Of a stretch of DNA of 64,000 nucleotides, positions 38,695 to 53,600 are shown piece by piece; the first letter of the stretch is position 1; each line of letters begins with the position of its first letter. The DNA is from Octopus sinensis (taxonomy: Eukaryota). Position numbers and translations under genes: made by a program. The notes below the pieces were generated by a model. It made no database searches, was not told where the DNA came from, and worked only from the letters and a program-made list of their open reading frames with translations. The stretch covers positions 16,998,405 to 17,062,404 of the forward strand of contig NC_043025.1 in the NCBI RefSeq assembly GCF_006345805.1, in the 5' to 3' direction.

Positions 38695-41600
38695 CAGGTT
38701 AGAAAATGTCAAAATATTTCAAATGTGTACTTGAAAAACAAAAAAAATTTTTGTGATCTGTTAGTAAATATAAGCTATATGAGAGATAATAAGCTTATAT
38801 TTATCCAGAACAAGAGATCACTAAATTCTCAAAAGTTTTCGGTTAGAAAATTCAAAATATTTCAAATGTGTACTTGGAAAAAAAAAATTTTTTGTTCTGT
38901 TAGGTAAATATAAGCTCTATGAGTGATAATAAGTTATATTTATCAAGTGATTACTAAATTCTAAAAAGTTTTCAGGTTACAAAATGTAAAAATATTTCAA
39001 GAGTGTACTTGAAAAAGAAAAAAAAAATTTGTTATCTGTTAGATAAATATAAGCTATATGAGTGATAATAAGCTTATATTTATCCAAGAGATCACTAAAT
39101 TCTCAAACGTTTTCAGGTTAGAAAAAGTCAAAATATTTCAAATGTGTACTTGAAAAACAAAAAAAATTTTGTGATCTGTTAGGTAAACTATAGCTTTAAC
39201 TGAGTGATAATAAGCTTATCCAAGAGATCACTAAATTCTTAAAAGTTTTCAGGTTAGAAAATGTCAAAATGTTTCAAATGTGTACTTGAAAAGGAAAAAA
39301 AAATTTTGTGATCTGTTAGATAATTATAAGTTAACTGAGTGATAATAAGCTTATATTTATCCAAGAGATCACTAAATTCTTAAAAGTTTTCAGGTTAGAA
39401 AATGTCAAAATGTTTCAAATGTGTACTTGAAAAGGAAAAAAAAATTTTGTGATCTATTAGATAATTATAAGCTATATGAGTGATAATAAGCATATATTTA
39501 TCCAAGAGATCACTAAATTCTTAAAAGTTTTCAGGTTAGAAAATGTCAAAATATTTCAAATGTGTACTTGAAAAACAAAAAAAAATTTTGTGATCTGTAA
39601 GGTAAATATATGCTATATGAGTGATAATATCTTATATTTATCCAACAGATCACTAAATTCTCAAAAGTCTTCAGTTTAGAAAAATTGAAAATATTTCAAA
39701 TGTGTACATGAAAAAAAAATTTTATGATCAGTTTAGGTAAATATAAGCTATATGAGGTGAATAGATCTTATATTATCAAGAGATCACTAAATTTTAAAAG
39801 TTTCAGTTTAAAATCTCAAATATTTTAAATGTGTACTTGAAAAACAAAAAAAAAATTGGATCTGTTAGTAAACATAAGCTATATGAGTGATAATAAGCTT
39901 ATATTTATCCAAGAGATCACTATATTCTCAAAAGTTTTCAGGTTAGAAATGTCAAAATATTTCAAATGTGTACTTGAAAAACAAAAACAAAATTTTGTGT
40001 CTCTTAGGTAAATATAGCTATATGAGTGATAATAAGCTTATATTTGTCCAAGAGATCACTAAATTCTTAAAGTTTTCAGGTTAGAAAAGTGAAAATATTT
40101 CAAATGTGTTCTTGAAGAATAAAAAAAAATTTTGTGAACTGTTAGGTTAATATAAGCTATATGAGTGATAATAAGCTTATATTTATCAATGAGATCACTA
40201 AATTCTCAATAGTTTTCAGGTTGTAAATATAATCTATATGAGTGATAATAAGCTTATATTTATCCAAGAGATCACTAAATTCTCAAAAGTTTTCAGGTTA
40301 GAAAATATCAAAATATTTCAAATGTGTACTTGAAACCAAAAAAAAATTTTGTTATCTATTAGATAAATATAAGTTAACTGAGTGATAATAAGCTTATATT
40401 TACCCATAGAGATCACTAAATCTCAAAAGTTTTCAGGTTAGAAAATTCAAAATATTTCAAATGTGTACTTGAAAAACAAAAAAAAATTTTGAGATCTGTT
40501 AGGTAAATATAAGCTATGTGAGTGATAATAAGCTTATATTTATCCAAGAGAGCACTAAATTCTGAAAAGTTGTCAGGTTAGAAAATGTCAAAATATTTCA
40601 AATGTGTACTTGAAGAACAAAAAAAAATTTGTGATCTGTTAGGTAACTATAAGCTATATGAGTGATAATAAGCTCATCCAAGAGATCACTAAATTCTCAA
40701 AAGATTTCAGGTTAGAAAATTTCAAAATATTTCAAATGTGTACTTGAAAAACAAAAAAAAATTTTGTTGTCTGTTAGGTAAATATAAGCTATATGAGTGA
40801 TAAAACCTTATATTTATCCAAGAGATCACTAAATTCTCAAAAGTTTTCAGGTTAGAAAATGTCAAATTATTTCAAATGTGTACTTGAAAAACAAAAAAAA
40901 TTTTGTGATCTGTTAGATAAATATAAGTTAACTAAGTGATTATAAGCTTATGTTTATCCAACAGATGACTAAATTGTCAAAAGTTTTCAGGTTAGAAAAT
41001 GTCAAAATATTTCAAATGTTTACTAGAAAAAAAAAATTTTTGTGATCCGTTAGGTAAATATAAGCTACGTGAGTGATAATAAACTGATATTTATCCAAGA
41101 GATCACTAAATTCTCAAAAGTTTTCAGGTTAGAAAATGTCAAAATATTTCAAATGTGTACTTGAAAAACAAAAGAATTTTATGATCTGTTAGATAAATAT
41201 AAGTTCACTAATGATTTAAGCTTATTTATATTTTTCCAAAGATCACTAAATTCTCAAAAGTTTTCAGGTTAGAAAAAGTCAACATATTCAAATGTGTACT
41301 TGAAAACAAAAAAATTTTGTGATCTGTTAGGTAAATATAAGCTATATGAGTGACAATAAGCTTATATTTATCCAAGAGATCCCTTAATTCTCAAATATTT
41401 TTAGGTTAGAAAATGTCAAATATTTCAAATGTGTACTTGAAAAAGAAAAAAAAATTTTTATTGTCTCTTCGGTAAATATAAGCTATATGAGAGATAATAA
41501 GCTTATATTTGTCAAAGAGATCACTAAATTCTCAATAGTTTTCAGGTTAGAAAATGACAAAATATTTCAAATGTGTACTTGAAAAACAAAAATAAATTTT

Positions 41601-44600
41601 GTGATCTGTTAGATAAATATAAGTTAACTGAGTGATAATATGCCTATATTTACCCAAGAGATCACTAAATTCTCAAAAGTTTTCAGGTTAGGAAATTGAA
41701 AATAATTCAAATGTGTACTTGAAAAACAGAAAAAAAAATTTGTGATCTGTTAGGTAAATATAAGCTATATGAGTGATAATAAGCTTATATTTATCCAAGA
41801 GATCACTAAATTCTCAAAAGTTTTCAGGTTAGAAAATGTCAAATTATTTCAAATGTGTACTTGAAAAACAAAAAAAAATTTTGTGTTCTGTTAGATGAAT
41901 ATAAGTTAACTGAGTGATAATAAGCTTATATTTACCCAAGAGATCACTAAATTCTCAAAAGTTTTCAGGTTAGAAAATGTCAAAATATTTCAAATGTGTA
42001 CTTGAAAAACAAAAAACAATTTCTTTGTCTCTTAGGTAAATATAAGCTATATGAGTGATAATAAGCTTATATTTATCCAAGAGATAACTAAATTCTCAAA
42101 AGTTTTCAGGTTAAAAATTGTGAAAATATTTCAAATGTGTACTCGAAAAACAAAAAAAAATTTTGTGATCTGTTAGGTAAATATAAGCTATATGAGTGAT
42201 AATAAGCTTATATTTATCCAAGAGATCACTTAATTCTCAAAATTTTGAGGTTAGAAAGTGTCAAAATATTTCAAATGTGTACTTGAAACACAAAAAAAAA
42301 TTTTGTGATCTGTTGGGTAAATATAATCTATATGAGTGATAATAAGCTTATATTTATCCAAGAGATAACTAAATTCTCAAAAGTTTTCAGGTTAGAAACT
42401 GTCAAAATATTTCAAATGTGTACTTGAAAAACATAAAAAAATTTTGTGATCTGTTAGATAAATATGATTTAACTGAGTGATAATAAGAGAGATGACTAAA
42501 TTCCCAAAGTTTTCAGGTTAGAAAATGTCAAATATTTCAAAGTGTACTTGAAAACAAAAAAAAAAATTCTGTGATCTGTCAGGTAAATATAAGCTATATG
42601 AGTGATAATAAGCTATATTTATCCAAGATATCACAAATTCTCAAAAGTTTTCAGGTTAGATAATGTCAAATATTTCAAATGTGTACTTGAAGATAAAAAA
42701 AATTTTGTGATCTGTTAGGTAACTATAAGCAATATCAGTGATAATAAGCTTATATTTTTCAAAGAGATCACTAAATTCTCAAACGTTTTCAGGTTAGAAA
42801 ATGTCAAAATATTTCAAATGTGTACTTGAGGAACAAAAAAAATTTTGTCGACTGTTAAGTGAATATAAGCTATATGAGTGATAATAAGTTTATATTTATC
42901 CAAGAGATCACTAAATTCTCAAACGTTTTCAGGTTAGAAAATGTCAAAATATTTCAAATGTGTACTTGAAAAACAAAAAAAAATTTTGTGATCTGTTAGA
43001 TAAATATAAGTTAGCTGAGTGATAATAAGCTTATGTTTATCCAAGAGATCACTAAATTCTCAAATTTTTTCAGGTTAGAAAATGTCAAAATATTTCAAAT
43101 GTGTACTTTAAAACAAAAAAAAAATTTGTGTCTCTTAGGTAAATAATGCTATATGAGCCATAATAAGCTTATATTTATCCAAGTGATCACTAAATTCTCA
43201 AAGGTTTTTAGGTTAGAAAATGTCAAAATATTTCAAATGTGTACTTGAAAGACAAAAAAAAATTTTGTGATCTGTTAGGTAACTATAAGCTATATGAGTG
43301 ATAATAAGTTTATATTTATCCAAGAGATCACTAAATTCTCAGAAGTTTTCAGGTTAGAAAATGTCAAAATATTTCAAATGTGTATTTGAAAAACAAAAAA
43401 AATTTTGATCTCTAGGTTAATATAAGCTATATGAGTGATAATAAGCTTATATTTATCCAAGAAATCACTAAATTCTCAAAAGTTTTCAGGTTAGAAATGT
43501 CAAAATATTTCAAATGTGTACTTGAAAAACAAAAAAAATTTGGTGATCTTTTTGGTAAATATAGCTATATGAGTGATAATAAGCTTATATTTATCCAAGA
43601 GATCACTAAATTCTCAAAAGTTTTCAGGTTAGAAAATGTCAAAATATTTCAAATGTGTACTTGAAAAACAAAAAAAATTTTGTGATCTATTTGGGAAAAC
43701 ATTAGCTATATGAGTGATAATAAGCTTATATTTATCCAAGAGATCACTAAATTCTCAAAATTGTTTCAGGTTAGAAATTGTCAAAATATTTCAAATGTGT
43801 TCTTGAAAAACAAAAAAAATTGTTGTATCTGTTAGGAACTATAAGCTATACAGTGATAATAAGCTTTATTTACCCAATAGATCACTAAATTATCAAAGTT
43901 TTCAGGTAAGAAAATGTCAAAATAATTCAAATGTGTACTTGAAAAATAAAAAAAAATTTGCCTGTCTTTTAGGTAAACATAAGCTATATGAGTGATAATA
44001 AGCTAATATTTATCCAAGAGAACACTAAATTCTCAAAAGTTTTCAGGTTAGAATATGTCAAAATATTTCAAATGTGTACTTGAAAAATAAAAAAAAAATT
44101 TGTAATCTGTTAGATAAATATAAGTTAACTTAGTGATAAAAGGCTTATATTTATCCAAGAGTTCACTAAATTCTCAAAAGTTTTCAGGTTAGAAAATGTC
44201 AAAATGTTTCAAATGTGTACTTGAAAAATAAAAAAAAATATTGTGATCTGTTAGATAAATATAAGTTAACTGAGTGATAATAAGCTTACATTTACTAAAG
44301 AGATCACTAAATTCTCAAAACTTTTCAGGTTAGAAGATTTCAAAATATTTCAAATATGTACTTGAAAAACAAAAAAAAATTCTGTGTTCTGTAAGGTAAA
44401 TATAAGCTATATGAGTGATAATAAGCTTATATTTATCCAAGAGATCACAAAATTCTCAAAAGTTTTCAGGTTAGAATATGTCAAAATTTTTCAAATGTGT
44501 ACTTGAAAAACAAAAAAAAAATTTGTGATCTGTTAGGTAAATATAAGCTATATGAGTGATAATAAGCTTATATTTATCCAAGAGATCACTAAATTCTCAA

Positions 44601-47600
44601 AAGTTTTCAGGTTAGAAAAAGTCAAAATATTTCAAATGTGTACTTGAAAAACAAAAAAAAATGTTTGATCTGTTAGGGAAATATAAGCTATATAAGTGAT
44701 AATAAGCTTATATTTATCAAAGAGATCACTAAATTCTCAATAGTTTTCAGGTTAGAAAATGACAAAATGTTTCAAATGTGTACTTGAAAAACAAAAAAAT
44801 ATTTCGTTGTCTCTTAAGAAAATATAAGCTATATGAGTGATAATAAGCTTTTATTTATCCAAGAGATCCCTATATTCTCAAAAGTTTTCAGGTTAGAAAA
44901 TGTCAAAATATTTCAAATGTGTACTTGAAAAACAAAAAAAAAATTTATTGTCTCTTAGGTAAATATAAGCTATATGAGAGATAATAAGCTTATATTTATC
45001 CAAGAGATCACTAATTCTCAAAAGTTTTCGGATGTTAGAAAAAGTCAATTATTTCAAATGTTTACTTGAAAAACAAAAAAAATGTGTGATCTTTTAGGTA
45101 AATATAAGCTATATGAGTGATATAAGCTTATATTTATCAATGAGATCACTAAATTCTCAATAGTTTTCAGGTAAGAAAATGACAAAATGTTTCAAATGTG
45201 TACTTGAAAAACAAAAATTATTTCGTTGTCTCTTAAGAAAATATAAGCTATATGAGTGATAATAAGCTTATATTTATCCAAGAGATCACTAAATTCTAAA
45301 AAATTCAGGTTAGAAAATGTCAAAATATTTCAAATGTGTACTTGAAATACAAAAAAAAAATTTGTTGTCTGTTAGGTAAATATAAGCTATATGAATGATA
45401 ATAAGCTTATATTTACCCTAGAGATCACTAAATTCTCAAAAGTTTTCAGGTTAGAAAATGTCAAAATAATTCAAAAGTGTACTTGAAAAACAAAAACAAA
45501 TTTGGTTCTCTGTTGGTAAATATAAGCTATATGAGTGATAATAAGCTTATATTTATCCAAGAGATCACTAAATTCTCAAAAGTTTTCAGGTTAGAAAAAG
45601 TCAAAATATTTCAAATGTGTACTTGAAAAACAAAAAAAAATTTTTGATCTGTTAGGGAAATATAAATTAACTGAGTGATAATAAGCTTATATTTATCAAA
45701 GAGATCACTAAATTCTCAATAGTTTACAGGTTTGAAAATTACAAAATGTTTGAAATGTGTACTTGAAAAACAAAAAAATATTTCGTTGTCTCATAAGATA
45801 ATATAAGCTATATGAGTCATAATAATAAGCTTATATTTATCCAAGAGATCCCTATATTCTCAAGAGTTTTCAGGTTAGAGAATGTCAAAATATTTCAAAT
45901 GTGTACTTGAAAAACAAAAAAAAATTTGTTGTCTCTTAAGAAAATATAAGCTATATGAGTGATAATAAGCTTATATTTATCCAAGAGATCCCTATATTCT
46001 CAAAAGCTTTCAGGTTAGAAAATGTCAAAATATTTCAAATGTATACTTGAAAAACAAAAAAAAATGTTGTGATCTGTTAGGGAAATATAAGCTATATGAG
46101 TGATAATAAGCTTATATTTATCAATGAGATCACTAAATTCTCAATAGTTTTCAGGTTAGAAAATGACAAAATGTTTCAATGTGTACTGGAAAACAAAAAA
46201 AAATTTGTGATCTGTAAGGTAAATATAGCTATATGATGATAATAAGCTTATATTTATCCAAGAGATCCCTATATTCTCAAAGTTTTTGGTTAGAAAATGT
46301 CAAAATATTAAATTGTACTTGAAAACAAAAAAAAATTTTGTTGTCTCTTAGGTAAATATAAGCTATATGAGTGATAATAAGCTTATATTTATCCAAGAGA
46401 TCACTAAATTCAAAATTTTCAGGTTAGAAAAGTCAAAATATTTCAAGTGTATACTTGAAAATAAAAAAAATGTTTTGATCTGTTAGGGAAATATAAGCTA
46501 TATGAGTGATAATAAGCTTATATTTATCCAGAGATCACTAAATTCTCAAAGTTTTCAGGTTAGAAAATGTCAAAATGTTTCAAATGTGTACTTGAAAACA
46601 AAAAATATTTCGTTGTCTCTTAGGAAAATATAAGCTATATGAGTGATAATAAGCTTATATTTATCCAAGAGATCACTAAATCTCAAAATTTTCAGGTTAG
46701 AAAATGTCAAAATATTTCAAATGTGTACTTGAAAACAAAAACAAATTTTTATCTGTTAGGTAATATAAGCTCTATGAGTGATAATAAGCTTATATTTATC
46801 CAAGAGATCACTAAATTCTCAAAAGTTTTCAGGTTAGAAAATGTCAAAATATTTCAAATGTGTACTTGAAAAACAAAAAAAATTTGTGATCTGTTAGGGA
46901 AATATAAGCTATATGAGTGATAATAAGCATATATTTATCCAAGAGATCACTAATTCTCAAAGTTTTTCAGGTTAGAAATGTCAAATATTTCAAATGTGTA
47001 CTTGAAAAAACAAAAAATTTGTGATCTGTTAGATATAATATCAGTTCACTGAGTGATAATAAGCTTATATTTATCCAAGATATCACAAAATTCTGAAAAG
47101 ATTCAGGTTAGAAAATGTCAAAATATTTCAATGTGTACTTGAAAGACAAAAAAAAAAATTTCGTTGTCTCTTAGGAAAATATAAGCTATATGAGTTATAA
47201 TAAGCTTATATTTTTCCAAGAGATCAATAAATTCTCAAAATGTTTCTGGTTACAAAATGTCAAAATATTTCAAATGTGTACTTCAAAAACAAAAAAATTT
47301 TGGTTGTCTGTTAAGTAAATATGAGCTATATGAGTGATAATAAGCTTATATTTATCCAAGAGATCACTAAATTCTCAAAAGTTTTCAGGTTAGAAAATGT
47401 CAAAATATTTCAAATATGAACTTAATAAACAAAAAAAAATTTTGTGATCTGTTAGATAAATATAAGTTAACTGAGTGATAATAAGCTTATATTTATCCAA
47501 GAGATCACTAAATTCTCAAAAGTTTTCAGGTTAGAAAATGTCAAAATATTTCAAATGTGTACTTGAAAGACAAAAAAAAATTTAGTTGTCTGTTAGGAAA

Positions 47601-50600
47601 ATATAAGCTATATGAGTGATAATAAGCTTATATTTATCCAAGAGATCAATTAATTCTGAAAAGTTTTCAGATTAGAAAATGTCAAAATATTCCAAATGTG
47701 TACTTGAAAAACAAAAAAAAAGTTTTGATCTGTTAGGGAAATAAAGCTATATGATTGAAAATAAGCTTATATTTATCAAAGAGATCACTAAATTCTCAAT
47801 AGTTTTCAGGTTAGAAAATGACAAAATGTTTCAAATGTGTACTTGAAAAACAAAAAAATATTTGGGCGTCTCTTAAGAAAATATAAGCTATATGAGTGCT
47901 AATAAGCTTATATTTATCCAAGAGATCCCTATATTCTCAAAAGTTGTCTGGTTAGAAAATGTCAAAATATTTCAAATGTGTACTTGAAAAACAAAAAAAA
48001 ATTTTGTTGTCTCTTAGGTAAATATAAGCTATATGAGTGATAATAAGCTTATATTTATCCAAGAGATCACTAAATTCTCAAAAGTTTTCAGGTTAGAAAA
48101 AGTCAAAATATTTCAAGTGTATACTTGAAAAACAAAAAAAAATGTTGTGAACTGTTAGGTAAATATAAGCTATATGAGTGATAATAAGCTTATATTTATC
48201 AATGAGATCACTAAATTCTCAAAAGTTTTCAGGTTAGAAAATGACAAAATGTTTCAAATGTGTACTTGAAAAACAAAAAAATATTTCGTTGTCTCTTAAG
48301 AAAATATAAGCTATAAGAGATCACTAAATTCTAAAAAGTTTTCAGATGAGAAAATGTCAAAATATTTCAAGTGTGTAGTTGAAAAACAAAAAAAAATTTT
48401 GTTGTCTTTTAGGTTAATATAAGCTATATGAGTGATAATAAGCTTATATTTATCCAAGTGATCACTAAATTCTCAAAAGTTTTCAGGTTAGAAAATGTCA
48501 AAATATTTCATATGTGTACTTGAAAAACAAAAAAAAATTTTGTTGTCTGTTAGGTAAATATAAGCTATATGAGTGATAAGGAGCTTATATTTATCCAAGA
48601 GATCCCTATATTCTCAAATGTTTTCAGGTCAGAAAATGTCAAAATATTTCAAATGTGTACTTGAAAAACAAAAAAAAATTTTGTTGTCTCTTAGGTAAAT
48701 ATAAGCTATATGAGTGATAATAAGCTTATATTTATCCAATAGATCACTAAATTCTCAAAAGGTTTCAGGTTAGAAAAATTCAAAATATTTCAAATGTGTT
48801 CTTGAAAAACAAAAAAAAAATTTGTGATCTGTTAGGTAAATATAAGCTATATGAGTGATAATAAGCTTATATTTGTCAATGAGATCACTAAATTCTCAAT
48901 AGTTTTCAGGTTAGAAAATGACAAAATGTTTGAAATGTGTACTTGAAAAACAAAAAAATATTTCGTTGTCTCTTAAGAAAATATAAGCTATATGAGTTTT
49001 AATAAGCTTATATTTATCCAAGAGATGACTAAATTCTCAAAAGTTTTCAGGTTAGAATATGTCAAAATGTTTCAAATATGTACTTGAAAAACAAAAAAAA
49101 AATTTGTTGTCTGTTAGGTAAATATAAGCTATATGTGTGATAATAAGCTTATATTTACCCAAGAGATCACTAAATTCTCAAAAGTTTTCAGGTTAGAAAA
49201 TGTCAAAATAATTCAAAAGTGTACTTGAAAAAGAAAAAAAAATTTGGTTGTCTGTTAGGAAAAATATGCTATATGAGTGATAATAAGCTTATATTTATCC
49301 AAGAGATCACTAAATTCTCAAAAGTTTTCAGGTTAGAAAATGTCAAAATATTTCAAATGTGTACTTGAAAAAAAAAAAAAATTTTGTTAACTGTTACATA
49401 AATATAAGTTAACTGAGTGATAATAAGCTTATATTTACCCAAGAGTTCACTAAATTCTCAAAAGTTTTCAGGTTAGAAAATATCAATATATTTCAAATGT
49501 GTACTTGAAAAACAAAAAAAAATTTCTGTGATCTGTAAGGTAAATATAAGCTATATGAGTGAACAAAAGCTTATATTTATCCAAGAGATCACTAAATTCT
49601 CAAAAGTTTTCAGGTTAGAAATTTCAAAATATTTCAAATGTTACTTGAAAACAAAAAAAAAATTGTGATCTGTTAGGGAAATATAAGCAATATGAGCTTA
49701 TATTTATCCAAGATCAAGAATCACTATTCTCAAAGTTTTCAGGTTAGAAAATGTCAAAATGTTTGAAATGTGTACTTGAAAAACAAAAAAAAATTTTGTG
49801 ATCTGTTGGTAAATATAAGCTATATGAGTGATAATAAGCTTATATTTATCCAAGAGATCACTAATTCTCAAAAGTTTTCAGGTTAGAAAATGTCAAAATA
49901 TTTCAAATGTGTACTTGAAAAACAAAAAAAAAATTTGTGATCTCTAGTAAATATATTAACTGAGTGATAATAAGCTTACATTTACCCAAGAGATCACTAA
50001 CTGTCAAAATTTTTGAAATGTGTACTTGAAAAACAAAAAAAAAATTTTGTGATCTGTTAGATAAATATAAGTTAACTAAGTGATACTAAGCTTATATTTA
50101 TCGAAGAGATGACTAAATTCTCAAAAGTTTTCAGGTTAGAAAATATCTAAATATTTCAAATGTGTACTTGAAACACAAAAAAAAATTTCTGTGATCTGTA
50201 AGGTAAATATAAGCTATATGAGTGATAATAAGCTTATATTTATCCAAGAGATCACTAAATTCTCAAAAGTTTTCAGGTTAGAAAATGTCAAAATATTTCA
50301 AATGTGCACTGGAAAAATAAAAAAAAAATTTGTGATCTCTTAGATAAATATAAGTTAACTGAGTGATAATAAGCTTATATTTATCCAAGAGATCACTAAA
50401 TTCTCAAAAGTTTTCAGGTTAGAAAATGTCAAAATGTTTGAAATGTGTACTTGAAAATCAAAAAAAAATTTTGTGATCTGTTGGGTAAATATAAGCTATA
50501 TGAGTGATAATAAGCTTATATTTATCCAAGAGATGACAAAATTCTCAAAAGTTTTCAGGTTAGAAAATGTCAAAATATTTCAAATGTGTACTTGAAAAAC

Positions 50601-53600
50601 AAAAAAAACAATTTTGTGATCTGTAAGGTTAATATAGCTATGTGAGTGATAATAAGCTTATATTTACCCAAGAGATCACTAAACTGTAAAAATATTTCAA
50701 ATGTGTTCTTGAAAAACAAAAAAAAAAATTCTGTGACCTGTAGGTAAATATAAGTTATATGAGTGATAATAAGCTTATATTATCCAAGAGAACACTAAAT
50801 TCTCAAAAGTTTTCAGGTTAGAAAATGTCAAAATATTTCAATGGTTTACTTGAAAATAAAAAAAATTCTGTGATCTCTTAGATAAATATAAGTTATATGA
50901 GTGATAATGCTTATATTTATCGAAGAGATGACTAAATTCTCAAAAGTTTTCAGGTTAGAAAATGACAAAATATTTCAAATGTGTACTTGAAAAAAAAAAA
51001 ATTTTGTGATCTGTTAGGTATATATAAGCGATATGAGTGATAATAAGCTTAAATTTATCGAAGAGATGACTAAATTCTCAAAAGTTTTCAGGTTAGAAAA
51101 TGTCAAAATATTTCAAATGTGTACTTGAAAAAGAAAAAAAAAATTTGTTGTCTGTTAGGTAAATATAAGCTATGTGAGTGATAATAAGCTTATATTTTTC
51201 CAAGAGAACACTAAATTCTCAAAAGTTTTCAGGTTAGAAAATGTCAAAATATTTCAAATGTGTACTTGAAAAACAAAAAAAAATTTGTGATCTCTTAGAT
51301 AAATATAAGTTAACTGAGTGATAATAAGCTTACATTTACCCAAGAGATCACTTAACTGTCAAAATATTTCAAATGTGTACTTGAAAAACAAAAAAAAATT
51401 TTGTGATCTGTTAGATAAATATAAGTTAACTAAGTGATACTAAGCTTATATTTATCGAAGAGATGACTAAATTCGCAAAAGTTTTCAGGTTAGAAAATAT
51501 CTAAATATTTCAAATTTGTACTTGAAAAACAAAAAAAAATTTCTGTGATCTGTAAGGTAAATATAAGCTATATGAGTGATAATAAGCTTATATTTATCCA
51601 AGAGATCACTAAATTCTCAAAAGTTTTCAGGTTCGAAAATGTCAAAATACTTGAAAAATAAAAAAACAAAAATTCATGATCTGTTAGGTTAATATAAGTT
51701 AACTGAGTGATAATAAGCTTATATTTACCCAAGAGTTCACTAAATTCTCAAAAGTTTTCAGGTTAGAAAATATCAAAATATTTCAAATGTGTACTTGTAA
51801 AACAAAAAAAATTTTAGATCTGTTAGATAAATATAAGTTAACTGAGTGATAATAAGCTTACATTTACCCAAGAGATCACTAAAATGTCAAAATATTTCAA
51901 ATGTTTACTTGAAATACAAAAAAAAATTTTGTGATCTGTTAGATAAATATAAGTTAACTAAGTGATAATAAGCTTATATTTATCGAAGAGATGACTAAAT
52001 TCTCAAAAGTTTTCAGGTTAGAAAATGTCAAAATATTTCAAATGTGTACTTGAAAAACAAAAAAAAATTCTGTGATCTGTAAGGTAAATATAAGCTATAT
52101 GAGTGATAATAAGCTTATATTTATCCAAGAGATCACTAAATTCTCAATAGTTTTCAGGTTAGAAAATGTCAAAATATTTGAAATGTGTACTTGAAAAACA
52201 AAAAAAAATTTTGTGATCTGTTAGGGAAATATAAGCAATATGAGTGATAATTAGCTTATATTTATCCAAGAGATCACTAAATTCTCAAAAGTTTTCAGGT
52301 TAGAAAATGTCAAAATGTTTGAAATGTGTACTTGAAAAACAAAAAAAAATTTTGTGATCTGTTGGGTAAATATAAGCTATATGAGTGATAATAAGCTTAT
52401 ATTTATCCAAGAGATCACTAAATTCTCAAAAGTTTTCAGGTTAGAAAATGTCAAAATATTTCAAATGTATACTTTAAAAACGAAAAAAATTTTATGATCT
52501 GTTAGATAAATATAAGTTAACTGAGTGATAATAAGCTTATATTTATCGAAGAGATGACAAAATTCTCAAAAGTTTTCAGGTTAGAAAATGTCAAAATATT
52601 TCAAATGTGTACTTGAAAAACAAAAAAAAAAATTCTGTGATCTGTAAGGTAAATATAAGCTATGTGAGTTATATTAAGCTCATATTTATCCAAGAGATCA
52701 CTAAATTCTCAAAAGTTTTCAGGTTAGAAAATGACAACATATTTCAAATGTGTACTTGAAAAATAAAAAAAATTTTGTGATCTGTTAGATAAATATAAGT
52801 TAACTGAGTGATAATAAGCTTACATTTACCCAAGAGATCACTAAACTGTCAAAATATTTCAAATGTGTACTTGAAAAACAAAAAAAAAATTCTGTGATCT
52901 GTAAGATAAATATAAGTTAACTAAGAGATACTAAGCTTATATTTATCGAAGAGATGACTAAATTCTCAAAAGTTTTCAGGTTAGAAAATATCTAAATATT
53001 TCAAATGTGTACTTGAAAAACAAAGAAAAATGTCGGTGATCTGTAAGGTAAATATAAGCTATATGAGTGATAATAAGCTTATATTTATCCAAGAGATCAC
53101 TAAATTCTCAAAAGTTTTCAGGTTAGAAAATGTCAAAATATTTCAAATGTGTTCTTGAAAGACAAAAAAAAATTTTGTGATTTGTTAGGTAACTATAAGC
53201 TATATGAGTGATAATAAGCCAATATGTATCCAAGAGATCACTAAATTCTCAAAAGTTTTCAGGTTAGAAAATGTCAAAATATTTCAAATGTGTACTTGAA
53301 GAACAAAAAAAATTTGTTGTCTGTTAGGTGAATATAAGCTATATGAGTGATAATAAGCTTATATTTATCCAAGAGATCACTAAATTCTCAAAAGTTTTCA
53401 GGTTAGAAAATGTCAAAATATTTCAAATGTGTACTTGAAAAACAAAAAAAAAATTCAAGATCTGTTAGATAAATATAAGTTAACTGAGTGATAATAAGCT
53501 TATATTTATCGAAGAGATGACTAAATTCTCAAAATTTTTCAGGTTAGAATATGTCAAAATATTTCAAATGTGTACTTGACAAACAAAAAAAAAATTCTGT

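Noticed and set aside
38566-38907. 113-aa ORF
   Set aside because: It spans the 100-N gap and is an artefact.
44800-48980. CENP-B box-like motif (ttcgttg variant in Sat141; cggg in the 16-mer)
   Set aside because: Only half of the TTCG....A..CGGG core is present in each case; no complete box was seen.
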